DNA of 64,000 nucleotides from Acidimicrobiales bacterium (lineage in GTDB: Bacteria; Actinomycetota; Acidimicrobiia; Acidimicrobiales; Aldehydirespiratoraceae). Shown one piece after another: positions 18,939 to 27,704 of the stretch. Under the pieces are notes generated by a model that saw only the letters and a list, made by a program, of their open reading frames with translations, did not search any database and had not been told where the DNA came from. A program made the translations under genes and the position numbers. The stretch's first letter is position 1; every line of letters begins with the position of its first letter. Where the stretch lies: assembly GCA_022425325.1 (NCBI GenBank), contig JAKMFW010000047.1:7608-71607 (forward strand), in the 5' to 3' direction.

Positions 18939-19587
18939 TGACCGACGACTCGATCGCATCGGCATGCCCGAGGCGGTGCTGTGTTCGGCAAAGTCCGATT
19001 CGCAGCTTCGGGTGATCGTCGACGAGCTCGCATCGACTGGCCACCCGACCTTGTTGACCAGGCTTCCTGCCGAGCGCCTCGGCTGCCTTTCGCCCGAGGT
19101 TGTCGAGCAGATCGACCACGACCCGATCTCCGAGACGGGCATCCTCGGCGGGATGCAGCCGGGTCGGCCGGGCACGGTCGCCATCGCCGCCGCCGGCACG
19201 TCGGATCAACGGGTTGCGACCGAGGCGGCCCGCACGCTCGAGTTCTCCGGGGTCGACGCCGAGGTGTTCGTCGACATCGGCGTCGCCGGTCTGTGGCGTC
19301 TTGAAGCCCGGCTGCCCGAGCTGCGTGCAGCCGACATCGTGATTGTCGTGGCCGGCATGGACGCGGCCTTGGTCTCAGTGATGGGTGGTCTTGTCGGCGC
19401 GCCGATCATCGGTGTGCCGACGTCGGTCGGGTACGGCGTGGCCGAAGGCGGCTCGACGGCACTCAACAGCGCCCTGGCGAGTTGTGCGCAGGGGGTGGCC
19501 GTCGTCAACATCGACAACGGCTTCGGTGCTGCGTGTGCTGCGGTTCGGATGCTGTCGCTGCTGGGCACGGACCGATCCCGCTCGTGA
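18925..19587 (+). CDS. larB: NPN biosynthesis carboxylase/hydrolase LarB
   Basis: R.GMPEAV, AGTSD, DIGVAGLWRL, VAGMDAAL, VPTSVGYG, LASCAQG, VVNIDNGFGAA. Confidence 0.94.
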   Translation: MHVHDDRRLDRIGMPEAVLCSAKSDSQLRVIVDELASTGHPTLLTRLPAERLGCLSPEVVEQIDHDPISETGILGGMQPGRPGTVAIAAAGTSDQRVATEAARTLEFSGVDAEVFVDIGVAGLWRLEARLPELRAADIVIVVAGMDAALVSVMGGLVGAPIIGVPTSVGYGVAEGGSTALNSALASCAQGVAVVNIDNGFGAACAAVRMLSLLGTDRSRS

Positions 19588-20297
19588 TGATCGGGTGGTT
19601 CGACGGTGGGGCGGGAGCGAGCGGCGACATGTTGCTCGGCGCCTTCGTCGGCGCAGGTGTGCCGCTCGAGGTGCCGTCGGCGTCGATCGGGGCACTCGAC
19701 CTCGGCGTCACGCTGCGTTCCGAGCAGGTCCAGCGAGCGGGCCTCGACGCCACCCGGATCCATGTCGAGGTGCCCGACTCCACCGTCGTGCGGCATCTCC
19801 CCGACATCCTCGAGCTTTTCGCTCAGCTCGACGCCGGGGTGCGCACCATCGCCACGGCGGTTTTCGAGCGCCTCGCCGACGCCGAAGCTCGGGTGCACGG
19901 CACCTCGATCGACGAGGTCCACTTCCACGAGGTGGGAGCACTCGACTCGATCGCCGACATCGTCGGTGCTGCCGCGTGCGTCGTTCACCTCGGGCTTGAC
20001 CGGATCCACTGTTCGGCTCTGAGCCTCGGCTCGGGTTCGACCCGGGGTGCCCACGGACCCATCCCGATCCCGGCGCCCGCCGTACTCGAGGTGCTCACTG
20101 GCGTGGCCCCGATGCAGGCGGGCCCCGCCCCGTTCGAAAGCACGACACCGACCGGCGCTGCCGTGCTGGCGACGATTGTCGAAACCTGGTGTCCGATGCC
20201 GCCGATGACTGTCACGGCGGTGGGCAAGGGGGCTGGCGGACGAGACAGCGATCAGGTCGCCAACGTCTTGCGGCTTGTCCTTGGCAGCCCGGCCTGA
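19587..20297 (+). CDS. larC: Nickel insertase, N-terminal half (LarC1)
   Basis: FDGGAGASGDMLLGA, LADAEARVHG, VHFHEVGALDSIADIVG, AHGPIPIPAPA, TPTGAA, ANVLR. Confidence 0.92.
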   Translation: MIGWFDGGAGASGDMLLGAFVGAGVPLEVPSASIGALDLGVTLRSEQVQRAGLDATRIHVEVPDSTVVRHLPDILELFAQLDAGVRTIATAVFERLADAEARVHGTSIDEVHFHEVGALDSIADIVGAAACVVHLGLDRIHCSALSLGSGSTRGAHGPIPIPAPAVLEVLTGVAPMQAGPAPFESTTPTGAAVLATIVETWCPMPPMTVTAVGKGAGGRDSDQVANVLRLVLGSPA

Positions 20298-20310
20298 CGC
20301 GAGCGCGACC

Positions 20311-20877
20311 TCAGCCCGTTGCGACTTGAGCTCGGAGACCGTCGAGGAAGAGTTCGACGAGTGCGTCGAAGCTGGCGTCGTGATCACCTCGGCCGAGGGC
20401 GTCGGCGGCCTGGAGCGTGACGAACCCGTGGAGTGATGCACGCAGGGCGCGACCGGCGCGGCGGGCGTCGTGATCGGTGAGGCCGTAGTGGGCGAGGATT
20501 GCGTCCATCGTTTCGACGGCGCCGATACCGGCCGACTTTCGTTCGGATCCGGCGACGGTGCGCAGGGTGAGGTCGTAGCGGCCGGGATGGGTTTGAGCCC
20601 ATCCTCGATACGCGGTTGCGAATGCTCGAACGGCGTCGTCGCCTGCGATGCCGACGGCCGATGCCCGCAGGGTCTCGCCGAAGTCGGCCGTGGCGGCAAT
20701 CGCAAGGTCGTCGAGCAAACCCCCCAGGCCGGCGACGTGGCTGTAGAGCGAGGGTGGTTGGACATCGAGGAGGTCGGCCACCGCCCGCAGGCTCACCCGC
20801 TCGACGCCGTCGCGGTCGATCACGGTGAACCCGGCGTTGATGACGTCGTCGTGGTCGAGTCCTCGCTTGCGGGCCAT
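20311..20877 (-). CDS. TetR family regulator (WHG-type C-terminus)
   Basis: VSLRAVADLLDVQPPSLYSHV HTH; ASLHGFVTL. Confidence 0.92.
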   Translation of the reverse strand: MARKRGLDHDDVINAGFTVIDRDGVERVSLRAVADLLDVQPPSLYSHVAGLGGLLDDLAIAATADFGETLRASAVGIAGDDAVRAFATAYRGWAQTHPGRYDLTLRTVAGSERKSAGIGAVETMDAILAHYGLTDHDARRAGRALRASLHGFVTLQAADALGRGDHDASFDALVELFLDGLRAQVATG

Positions 20878-20912
20878 GCGACGAGACTACGACTTGAAGA
20901 ACCGTAGATCAA

Positions 20913-20931
20913 TGTCTAATCTACTTAGACA
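20913..20931. promoter_or_regulatory. Perfect inverted repeat, candidate TetR operator
   Basis: TGTCTAA-TCTAC-TTAGACA between the divergent tetR and amidohydrolase genes. Confidence 0.6.
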
Positions 20932-20955
20932 CAGTCACTTCACTTGGAGCAGCCC

Positions 20956-22146
20956 ATGAGCGAGCGCTACACGATCATCTCCGCCGACTCCCACGCCGGC
21001 GGCAACATGGCGTCCTACGAGGAATACCTCCCCGCCGAATGGCGCGACGCCTACGACGAATGGCGCGGTGGCTACACGAATCCCTACCGAGACCTCCAAG
21101 ACGACGGACGCACCCGCAACTGGGACAACGAGCGCAGGGTCAGCGAGCAGTACGCCGACGGTGTCGTGGCCGAGATCACGTTCCCGAATACCGTGCCTCC
21201 CTTCTATCCGACGGGTGCGCTGTTGGCCCGATCACCCAAGAACAGCGAAGAATTCGCCCGGCGCAAAGCCGGACTCCAGTGCCACAACCGTTGGCTCAGC
21301 GACTGGTGCAGCGAGTACCCCGATCAGCGTCGAGGCCTGCCTCAGATCTTCCTCGAAGACCTCGATGACGCAATCAAGACGTTGACGTGGGCGGCCAACG
21401 AAGGCTTCAAGAGCTTCCTCATGCCCCACGTCGCCCCCGACGTCGACCTCCCCGGACTCTGGTCACCCGAATGGGACCGTCTGTGGGCCGCCGTGCAGGA
21501 CCTCGACCTTGTCGTCACCCAGCACGGCGGCAACGGCACACCCGACTACGGCAAGGACCCGGCCTCCGGTGTCATCTTCCTCATGGAGGTGCCGTTCTTC
21601 GCCCACCGCAACCTCGCCCACCTCACGATGAGCGGCGTGTTCGAGCGCTTCCCCAACCTCAAGTACGTCATGACCGAGCAGGGCGTGGCCTGGGCCGTCG
21701 AGGAACTCCGCCGCATGGACGCCTACCACGCACAGATGAAACACGGCCGGGTCGGCGAACTCGGCTTCTCCGCCGACATCGTGTTGCCACTCAAGCCGAG
21801 TGAGTACTTCGACCGCAATGTCTGGATCGGTGCGTCGTTCCCGTCGCCCGGCGAAGCCGAGGCGATGAAGCAACTCGGCACCCACAAGATCATGTGGGGC
21901 TCGGACTACCCGCACCACGAAGGCACCTACCCCTACAGCACCGAGTCGCTCCGGCGAGCATTCCACTCCTGGGACGAGGCTGAGATGAAGCAGGTCCTGA
22001 GCGAGAACGCGGCCGAGGTTTATGCCTTCGATCTCGATGCGCTGGCACCGCTTGCCGCCACACACGGGCCCACCATCGACGAGGTGAAGGTGCCGCTCGA
22101 CGGCATTCCCAAGGGCGCAACCAGTCCGGCCTTCTTCAAGGCCTGA
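20956..22146 (+). CDS. Amidohydrolase_2 family protein
   Basis: IISADSH, HNRWLSDWC, GVFERFPNLK, MWGSDYPHHEG. Confidence 0.92.
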   Translation: MSERYTIISADSHAGGNMASYEEYLPAEWRDAYDEWRGGYTNPYRDLQDDGRTRNWDNERRVSEQYADGVVAEITFPNTVPPFYPTGALLARSPKNSEEFARRKAGLQCHNRWLSDWCSEYPDQRRGLPQIFLEDLDDAIKTLTWAANEGFKSFLMPHVAPDVDLPGLWSPEWDRLWAAVQDLDLVVTQHGGNGTPDYGKDPASGVIFLMEVPFFAHRNLAHLTMSGVFERFPNLKYVMTEQGVAWAVEELRRMDAYHAQMKHGRVGELGFSADIVLPLKPSEYFDRNVWIGASFPSPGEAEAMKQLGTHKIMWGSDYPHHEGTYPYSTESLRRAFHSWDEAEMKQVLSENAAEVYAFDLDALAPLAATHGPTIDEVKVPLDGIPKGATSPAFFKA

Positions 22147-22164
22147 GCCCAGGTTCGGCCGCGA

Positions 22165-22189
22165 ACCCGGCGCCCCGAAGGTGTCGGGT
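22165..22189 (+). terminator. Hairpin terminator of the amidohydrolase gene
   Basis: ACCCGGCGCC-CCGAA-GGTGTCGGGT (10 bp including G-U pairs). Confidence 0.55.
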
Positions 22190-22243
22190 GAAATTGTCTT
22201 CCCAGGGGTAGCGCGACGGTCGCGGTCCGTAATAGCCTTCCCC

Positions 22244-22351
22244 GTTAGAGGCCCTCACACCTGACGGTGTGTCAGGCACTCGCCAGTGTCCGAATTGGGG
22301 GATTCGGACGACGACGGCGCTGCCCTACGAGGCGGCGCCGTCGTCGCGTCT
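22244..22351 (+). ncRNA. Candidate small structured RNA (three hairpins)
   Basis: TAGCCT -10 box at 22233-22238; hairpins at 22260-22276, 22288-22309 (G-rich loop) and a 16-bp hairpin at 22309-22346. Confidence 0.4.
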
Positions 22352-22401
22352 GGACGCAGACGGTTCGCCCTGGAACAAGACCTGAGCCAGACTCAGCATT
22401 T

Positions 22402-24714
22402 GTGAGCGACACGCCAAAGGCCTACGACGGTTTCGACGGAGAGGTCGGACGGATCTTCTCGACGTCCGAACCGTCCTGGCCGACCTTCCCGACGGCGCCA
22501 ACCGGTGCGCCCAACGTCATCGTGATGCTGGCCGACGATCTCGGGTTCGCCGACCTCGCCTGCTACGGCTCCGAGATCGACACCCCCAACCTCGACGCCC
22601 TCGCCGCCGGTGGTGTGCGCTACACCAACTTCCACGTCAATCCGATGTGCTCGCCGACCCGCGCCTCGATGCTCACCGGCCTCAACCACCACATGGCCGG
22701 CATGGGGCACGTCGCTCACAGCGACCCCGGCTTCCCCGGCTACACCCATGAACTGCGTGACGACGCCGTCACCATGGCCGAACTGTTCCGCGACAACGGC
22801 TGGGCCTCGCTCATGGTCGGCAAATGGCACCTGTGCAAGGACGCGCATCTCTCCGACGCCGGGCCCCGTCACAGCTGGCCGCTGCAGAAGGGCTTTGAGC
22901 GCTACTACGGCATCCTCGACGGCTTCACGAACTTCCATCAGCCGCACCGGCTGTACGAGGACAACCACCACATTCCGGTCGACCAGTACGCCGACAACTA
23001 CTACTTCACCGACGACCTCACCGATCAAGCGATCCACATGATCGACGAGGTCCGGGCATCGCATCCCACCAAACCCTTTTTCATGTACTTCGCCCACGGC
23101 GCCGTCCACGCGCCACTACAGGCGAAGGTCGACGACATCGAGAAGTACCGCGGCGTGTACGACGCCGGCTGGGACGAGATCCGTCGGCAGCGCTACGAGC
23201 GTCAACTCGAGATGGGTGTCATTCCACCTCACACCGAGCTTCCGCCCCGCAATACCGAGGCGGGGCATGCCGTCGAGGCGTGGGACAACCTCAGCGACGA
23301 CGAGAAGCGAATCTTCGCCCGCTACATGGAGATCTTCGCCGGGATGGTCGACAACATCGACCAGAACCTCGGCCGGCTCCGGACCCACCTCGAGGCCATG
23401 GGGGAGTGGGACAACACGATCATCGTGTTCACCTCCGACAACGGCGGTTCGCGCGAAGGTCAGGAACTCGGCACGTCGGCGTACTTTCGCACCCTTGTCA
23501 GCCAGACCCGCCAGAACAGCCTCGACTCGGTGGATCTTGACCTGCCGAATCTCGATGCCATGGGTGGGCCGACCAACCTGCCGCACTATCCGATGGGGTG
23601 GGCGATGGTGTCGAGCACCCCGTTCCGGCTCTACAAGATCAACACGCACCAGGGCGGGCATCAGGTGCCGTTCATCGTCCACTGGCCGGCCGGCCTTTCG
23701 GCCGCCGGTGAAGTGCGCACTCAGTACCAGCACATCACCGACCTGCTCCCGACGCTCGCCGAGCTTTGCGGGGTCGAGGTGCCGACGACCAAGGGTGGCC
23801 GTCCGGTACCCGAACCCGCCGGTGCATCGATGGTGCCGACCCTCGACGACGATGGCATTGCGACCACGCATCCCGAGCAGTACTACGAGCAGATCGGCCA
23901 CCGCGGCTTCTATCGCGACGGCTGGTCGGCGGTCACCTGCCGTCAGCCCCGTGAGCCGTTCAGCGAAGAACAGTGGGAGCTGCACAACCTTCACGACGAT
24001 CCGACGGAGACCAACGACCTTGCGGCCGAGCATCCGGAGAAGCTCAGAGAACTCCAGGACGCCTGGGAGGATGCAGCCTGGGCCAACCAGGTCTTCCCGC
24101 TCGATGAGGGCAATTACGTGAAGATGATGGCCCAGCCGCCCTGGAACGCTGAACTGGCCGAGCCCATCACCCTCCGTCCGGGCATGCCCACGGTCGAACG
24201 ATGGCGTTCACTCCAGCTGATCTCCAGTCGAAGCTTCACGGTCGACATCGACGTCGATCTGGCCGACGGCGACGACGGCGTGCTCGTGGCCCACGGCGAT
24301 CAGGGCGGTGGGTACTCGCTCGCCATCGACGACGGTCGCCTGATCCACGCCCATAACGGCTACGGCGAGATGACCATCGTCGACTGCGGTCCCGTCGCCG
24401 CCGGGCGCCACACGATCACGCTCGACGTGGCCGACGTCGGTGACGTCACCTGGGAGCCGCGTGTCCTTGTCGACGGCGAACAGGTCGCCGAGGCCGGCCA
24501 GGTTCCCCGGCTGATGGCGATGGCACCGTTCGAAGGCATCGATGTCGGCATCGACCGGCGTTCACCGGTCAACTGGGAGCTCTACGAGCGCAAGGGGGTT
24601 GCCCGTTTCACCGGCACGATCCACGGGGTCACGTTCACGCCCGGCGACCTCGCCCCCGACAACGGCAGCCAGTACCTCCAGATGCTCAAGGAGATGGGCA
24701 CCAAGTACGAGTAG
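22402..24714 (+). CDS. Arylsulfatase (Cys-type, formylglycine-dependent) with C-terminal extra domain
   Basis: MLADDLG, CSPTRASMLTG, GKWHL, HAPLQ, FTSDNG; GTG start 22402. Confidence 0.93.
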   Translation: MSDTPKAYDGFDGEVGRIFSTSEPSWPTFPTAPTGAPNVIVMLADDLGFADLACYGSEIDTPNLDALAAGGVRYTNFHVNPMCSPTRASMLTGLNHHMAGMGHVAHSDPGFPGYTHELRDDAVTMAELFRDNGWASLMVGKWHLCKDAHLSDAGPRHSWPLQKGFERYYGILDGFTNFHQPHRLYEDNHHIPVDQYADNYYFTDDLTDQAIHMIDEVRASHPTKPFFMYFAHGAVHAPLQAKVDDIEKYRGVYDAGWDEIRRQRYERQLEMGVIPPHTELPPRNTEAGHAVEAWDNLSDDEKRIFARYMEIFAGMVDNIDQNLGRLRTHLEAMGEWDNTIIVFTSDNGGSREGQELGTSAYFRTLVSQTRQNSLDSVDLDLPNLDAMGGPTNLPHYPMGWAMVSSTPFRLYKINTHQGGHQVPFIVHWPAGLSAAGEVRTQYQHITDLLPTLAELCGVEVPTTKGGRPVPEPAGASMVPTLDDDGIATTHPEQYYEQIGHRGFYRDGWSAVTCRQPREPFSEEQWELHNLHDDPTETNDLAAEHPEKLRELQDAWEDAAWANQVFPLDEGNYVKMMAQPPWNAELAEPITLRPGMPTVERWRSLQLISSRSFTVDIDVDLADGDDGVLVAHGDQGGGYSLAIDDGRLIHAHNGYGEMTIVDCGPVAAGRHTITLDVADVGDVTWEPRVLVDGEQVAEAGQVPRLMAMAPFEGIDVGIDRRSPVNWELYERKGVARFTGTIHGVTFTPGDLAPDNGSQYLQMLKEMGTKYE

Positions 24715-24731
24715 CCACGTAGCATCCGGGC

Positions 24732-25259
24732 ATGGCGATCAGCTTCCTGGACCCACGTGGCGAGTCGGCCGTCGAGCCGACTCCGTATGACCTCTCCACC
24801 CGTCTCGATCCCGGCGTCACGGTCGGACTGCTCGCCAACGGCTTCCCTGGCTCCGTCGAGTTTCTCGACGCGGTCGGCGAAGCGATCACCGCACGGCGGC
24901 CCGGCATCGAGCTTGCACGCTGGAACAAGGGCGACGCCTCGGCCATCGCCAACGACACCATGCTCGGCGAGATTGAAGCCGAGTGTGTGGCGGTGGTCGC
25001 CGCCTACGGGCATTGAGGGAGCTGCACGACCGGCACCGTGCGTGACGGCATCAACATGGCTCGTCGAGACATCCCGGCGGTCGCCCTCGTGACCGACGAG
25101 TTCTGGGCCCAGGGTGACTTCATCGCCACCTCGTTCGGCATGCCCGACATCCCGCGGGTACAGCTCCCGCACCCCGTGGCGGGCACCGGGACCGACAACC
25201 ATCGCCTGGTCGCCGAGAAGATCGCCGCTGAGCTTGTCGCTGCACTCGAGGATTCGTGA
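24732..25259 (+). CDS. UGSC family selenoprotein, copy 1 (UGA at 25014-25016)
   Basis: ORFs 24732..25016 and 25038..25259 are in frame; junction reads AYGH-U-GSCTTGTVRDG...DIPAV...PHPVAG; 175 aa. Confidence 0.88.
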
Positions 25260-26269
25260 TGGCCGCCCTGCTCACTGCCGACGATGAGGCCGCCGCCCTC
25301 GAACAGCTCCACGAACTCGGCTGTACCGACGGCCTCCCCGTCGTCGTCCCCACGCCCGAGCGGGTCGAGCGCATGGTGCTCGCCGTTGGTCACCCGGCCG
25401 AGACCGCACTCGGCGAGATGGGGCCGCTCCAGGGGGTGTGCACGGTCGAGAAGCTCGCAGCGGCGGCCGTCATGGCCGGGTGCCTGCCCGACCACATGCC
25501 GATCGTCGTGGCGTCGGCCCTGGCGATGATGGACCCGGCATTCGATCTGGCCGAGATGCAGGGCACGACCCACGCCACTGCGCCGCTGATCATCGTCAAC
25601 GGGCCGGCCCGTGCGATGTGCGGCGTCGCCTCGGGATACGGCGCCCTCGGCCCCGGCCACCGTGCCAATGCGTCGATCGGGCGGACGATCCGATTGGCGA
25701 TGATCAACATCGGCGGGGCCCGACCCGGCACGTCCGACATGGCCCTGCTCGGTCACGGCGGCAAGTTCGGACAGTGCCTCGGGGAGGACGAAGCGCACAG
25801 CCCGTTCGCACCGCTCCACACGAGCCGAGGCTTCGCCGCCGAGGACTCGGCCGTCACGGTTATCGGCACGGAGCCGCCACAGTCGGTGGCGCACGTTGCC
25901 GGAAGTGACGTCAAGCGATCGAGCGAACGTCTCATCGACCTCCTGGCGGCATCGGTCGCCGGCGTCGGTTCGAACAACGCCTGGCTGGGCGGTGGGCAGG
26001 CCGTGATCGTACTGACGCCCGACCACATCGGGGAACTGGCCGAGGCCGGCCACGATCGATCATCGACGACCGCGGCGATCGGCGAACGGGCGACGACGCG
26101 CGACGGTCGGCCTGCGTTCGAGTCGGCCGACGACGTCCTGCTCGTCGCCGCCGGTGGATCCGGGCTCTACAGCTATGTCTTCCCGACCTGGTGTGCAGGG
26201 GCGAACCGCAACCGGGCCGTCACCCGTCCGATCGACATCGGCCAGGCCTGCGCCATTCCCGAGCGCTGA
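25256..26269 (+). CDS. Uncharacterised UGSC-associated protein
   Basis: TDGLPVVVPTPERVERM, TVEKLAAAAVMAGCLP, QGTT, IIVNGP, RANASIGR; overlaps UGSC stop; paralogous to 58185..59636. Confidence 0.85.
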   Translation: MMAALLTADDEAAALEQLHELGCTDGLPVVVPTPERVERMVLAVGHPAETALGEMGPLQGVCTVEKLAAAAVMAGCLPDHMPIVVASALAMMDPAFDLAEMQGTTHATAPLIIVNGPARAMCGVASGYGALGPGHRANASIGRTIRLAMINIGGARPGTSDMALLGHGGKFGQCLGEDEAHSPFAPLHTSRGFAAEDSAVTVIGTEPPQSVAHVAGSDVKRSSERLIDLLAASVAGVGSNNAWLGGGQAVIVLTPDHIGELAEAGHDRSSTTAAIGERATTRDGRPAFESADDVLLVAAGGSGLYSYVFPTWCAGANRNRAVTRPIDIGQACAIPER

Positions 26270-26276
26270 TGCGTCG

Positions 26277-27698
26277 TTAGCCTGCGTCGCCCGTGTAGGC
26301 GTCGAGGGTTGCCTGGACGATGTCGCCGAAGCGGTCGGGGTCGTCGATTGCGGCCGGGTCGATCATGATCCCGATGTCGAGGCTGTCCTCGCTCGACATC
26401 ACGGTTGCGTTGCAGGCGGCGCCGGCAACCGGCCCGATCGGGAAGGTCCCGAGGACGTGAGCATCGCCGACGAAGATCGGCACGGGAGCGCCGCGAATAT
26501 TGCTGGTGACGATGTCGATCCGGGCGCCCTGGTCGCGGCCGAGGCGAGTCAGCACCGGCGTCGGGATGAGGGCAGCGAGTCCGCTGACGACGCCGAGGCT
26601 GGGCTCACCTTCGGAGGCATCGGACGGTGCCATTGCGTTGCTGAGTGCCGTGAAGCGCTCGTCGGGAGTCATACCTGCTCCCGGGGCCCGGACCTTGATC
26701 GGCACGAAGGCGTTGCCGCCCGCCCCGGAGCCGGTCCGGGTGCTGCGGACGAACGACATCGCCACCGACCGGGGCTCGGTGCCTCGTTCGGCGTGGTAGG
26801 CGATAGCCGCATCCGCGAGCGCGGTGACGTAGAGATCGTTGATCGTCCCGCCGCGCGCCTTGGCTGCGGCGCCGGCTGTCGAGAGCGGCATCTGAGCGGT
26901 GACGAAGTAGCGCCCACCAGAGCGGCGCGTCCAGAGTTCCGATGTGCTGTCGAGGTAGGGATCGCCGGTGAGTTGGTCGATCACCGTGCGAACGGTGTCG
27001 AGCGCCTGGCCGGCCGTGCGTTGGGCTCGTGCGGGATCCGCACCGATGAGTGCGAGTTCGGCCGCCGTCGATTTGGCGAGACCGACGTGACCGGCGAGCG
27101 CTGACCAGATGGCGGCAGCGGCATCAGGGAGATCGTGGTCGGTGGCGGCGGCTCGCCACTCGCAAAGGATGGCGTCGAGATCGGTATCGGGCGGTGGGGT
27201 CGTGTCGGCATCGAGCGTGAGGAAGATCTCCGCCATGCGAAGACCGCCGATGCCGTCGGCGACCGAGTGATGCAGGCGGGCGATCAACGCACCCGTGCCA
27301 TCAGCGAGGCCGGTGACGAGCACGATGCGCCACGGCGGACGCCCCGTGGGAAACGGGGTCATGTGGATCTCGGTGGTGAGGTCGAGCAGCGCCCGGCGAT
27401 CGCCGGGTGCCGGGACCGCGACTTCGACGACGTGGTTCGTCAGGTCGAAGTCCGGATCGATCTCCCAGCGCAGCGCCTCGATCGGGCGGGCAGTGTCGAC
27501 GACCCGCTCGACGAGGCGAGGCATGGAGGGGATTCCGGCCGCCACCTTGCGTCGGAGAAGGTCGAGGTCCACGGGTCGGTCGAGGAGCGCCAGCAGGCTG
27601 CCGCTGGGATCGAGCCACGGGTCGTCGCCGATGCGCCACATCAGCGCTTCTTCGGCCGACATGGTCGGCTCGAAGTCGTCGGGGGACATGTCGCTCAT
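26277..27698 (-). CDS. Wax ester synthase/diacylglycerol acyltransferase (WS/DGAT)
   Basis: HHSVADG (HHxxxDG), DPDFDLTNHV, TINDLYV, TSNIRG. Confidence 0.92.
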   Translation of the reverse strand: MSDMSPDDFEPTMSAEEALMWRIGDDPWLDPSGSLLALLDRPVDLDLLRRKVAAGIPSMPRLVERVVDTARPIEALRWEIDPDFDLTNHVVEVAVPAPGDRRALLDLTTEIHMTPFPTGRPPWRIVLVTGLADGTGALIARLHHSVADGIGGLRMAEIFLTLDADTTPPPDTDLDAILCEWRAAATDHDLPDAAAAIWSALAGHVGLAKSTAAELALIGADPARAQRTAGQALDTVRTVIDQLTGDPYLDSTSELWTRRSGGRYFVTAQMPLSTAGAAAKARGGTINDLYVTALADAAIAYHAERGTEPRSVAMSFVRSTRTGSGAGGNAFVPIKVRAPGAGMTPDERFTALSNAMAPSDASEGEPSLGVVSGLAALIPTPVLTRLGRDQGARIDIVTSNIRGAPVPIFVGDAHVLGTFPIGPVAGAACNATVMSSEDSLDIGIMIDPAAIDDPDRFGDIVQATLDAYTGDAG

Positions 27699-27704
27699 CG
27701 TCGC

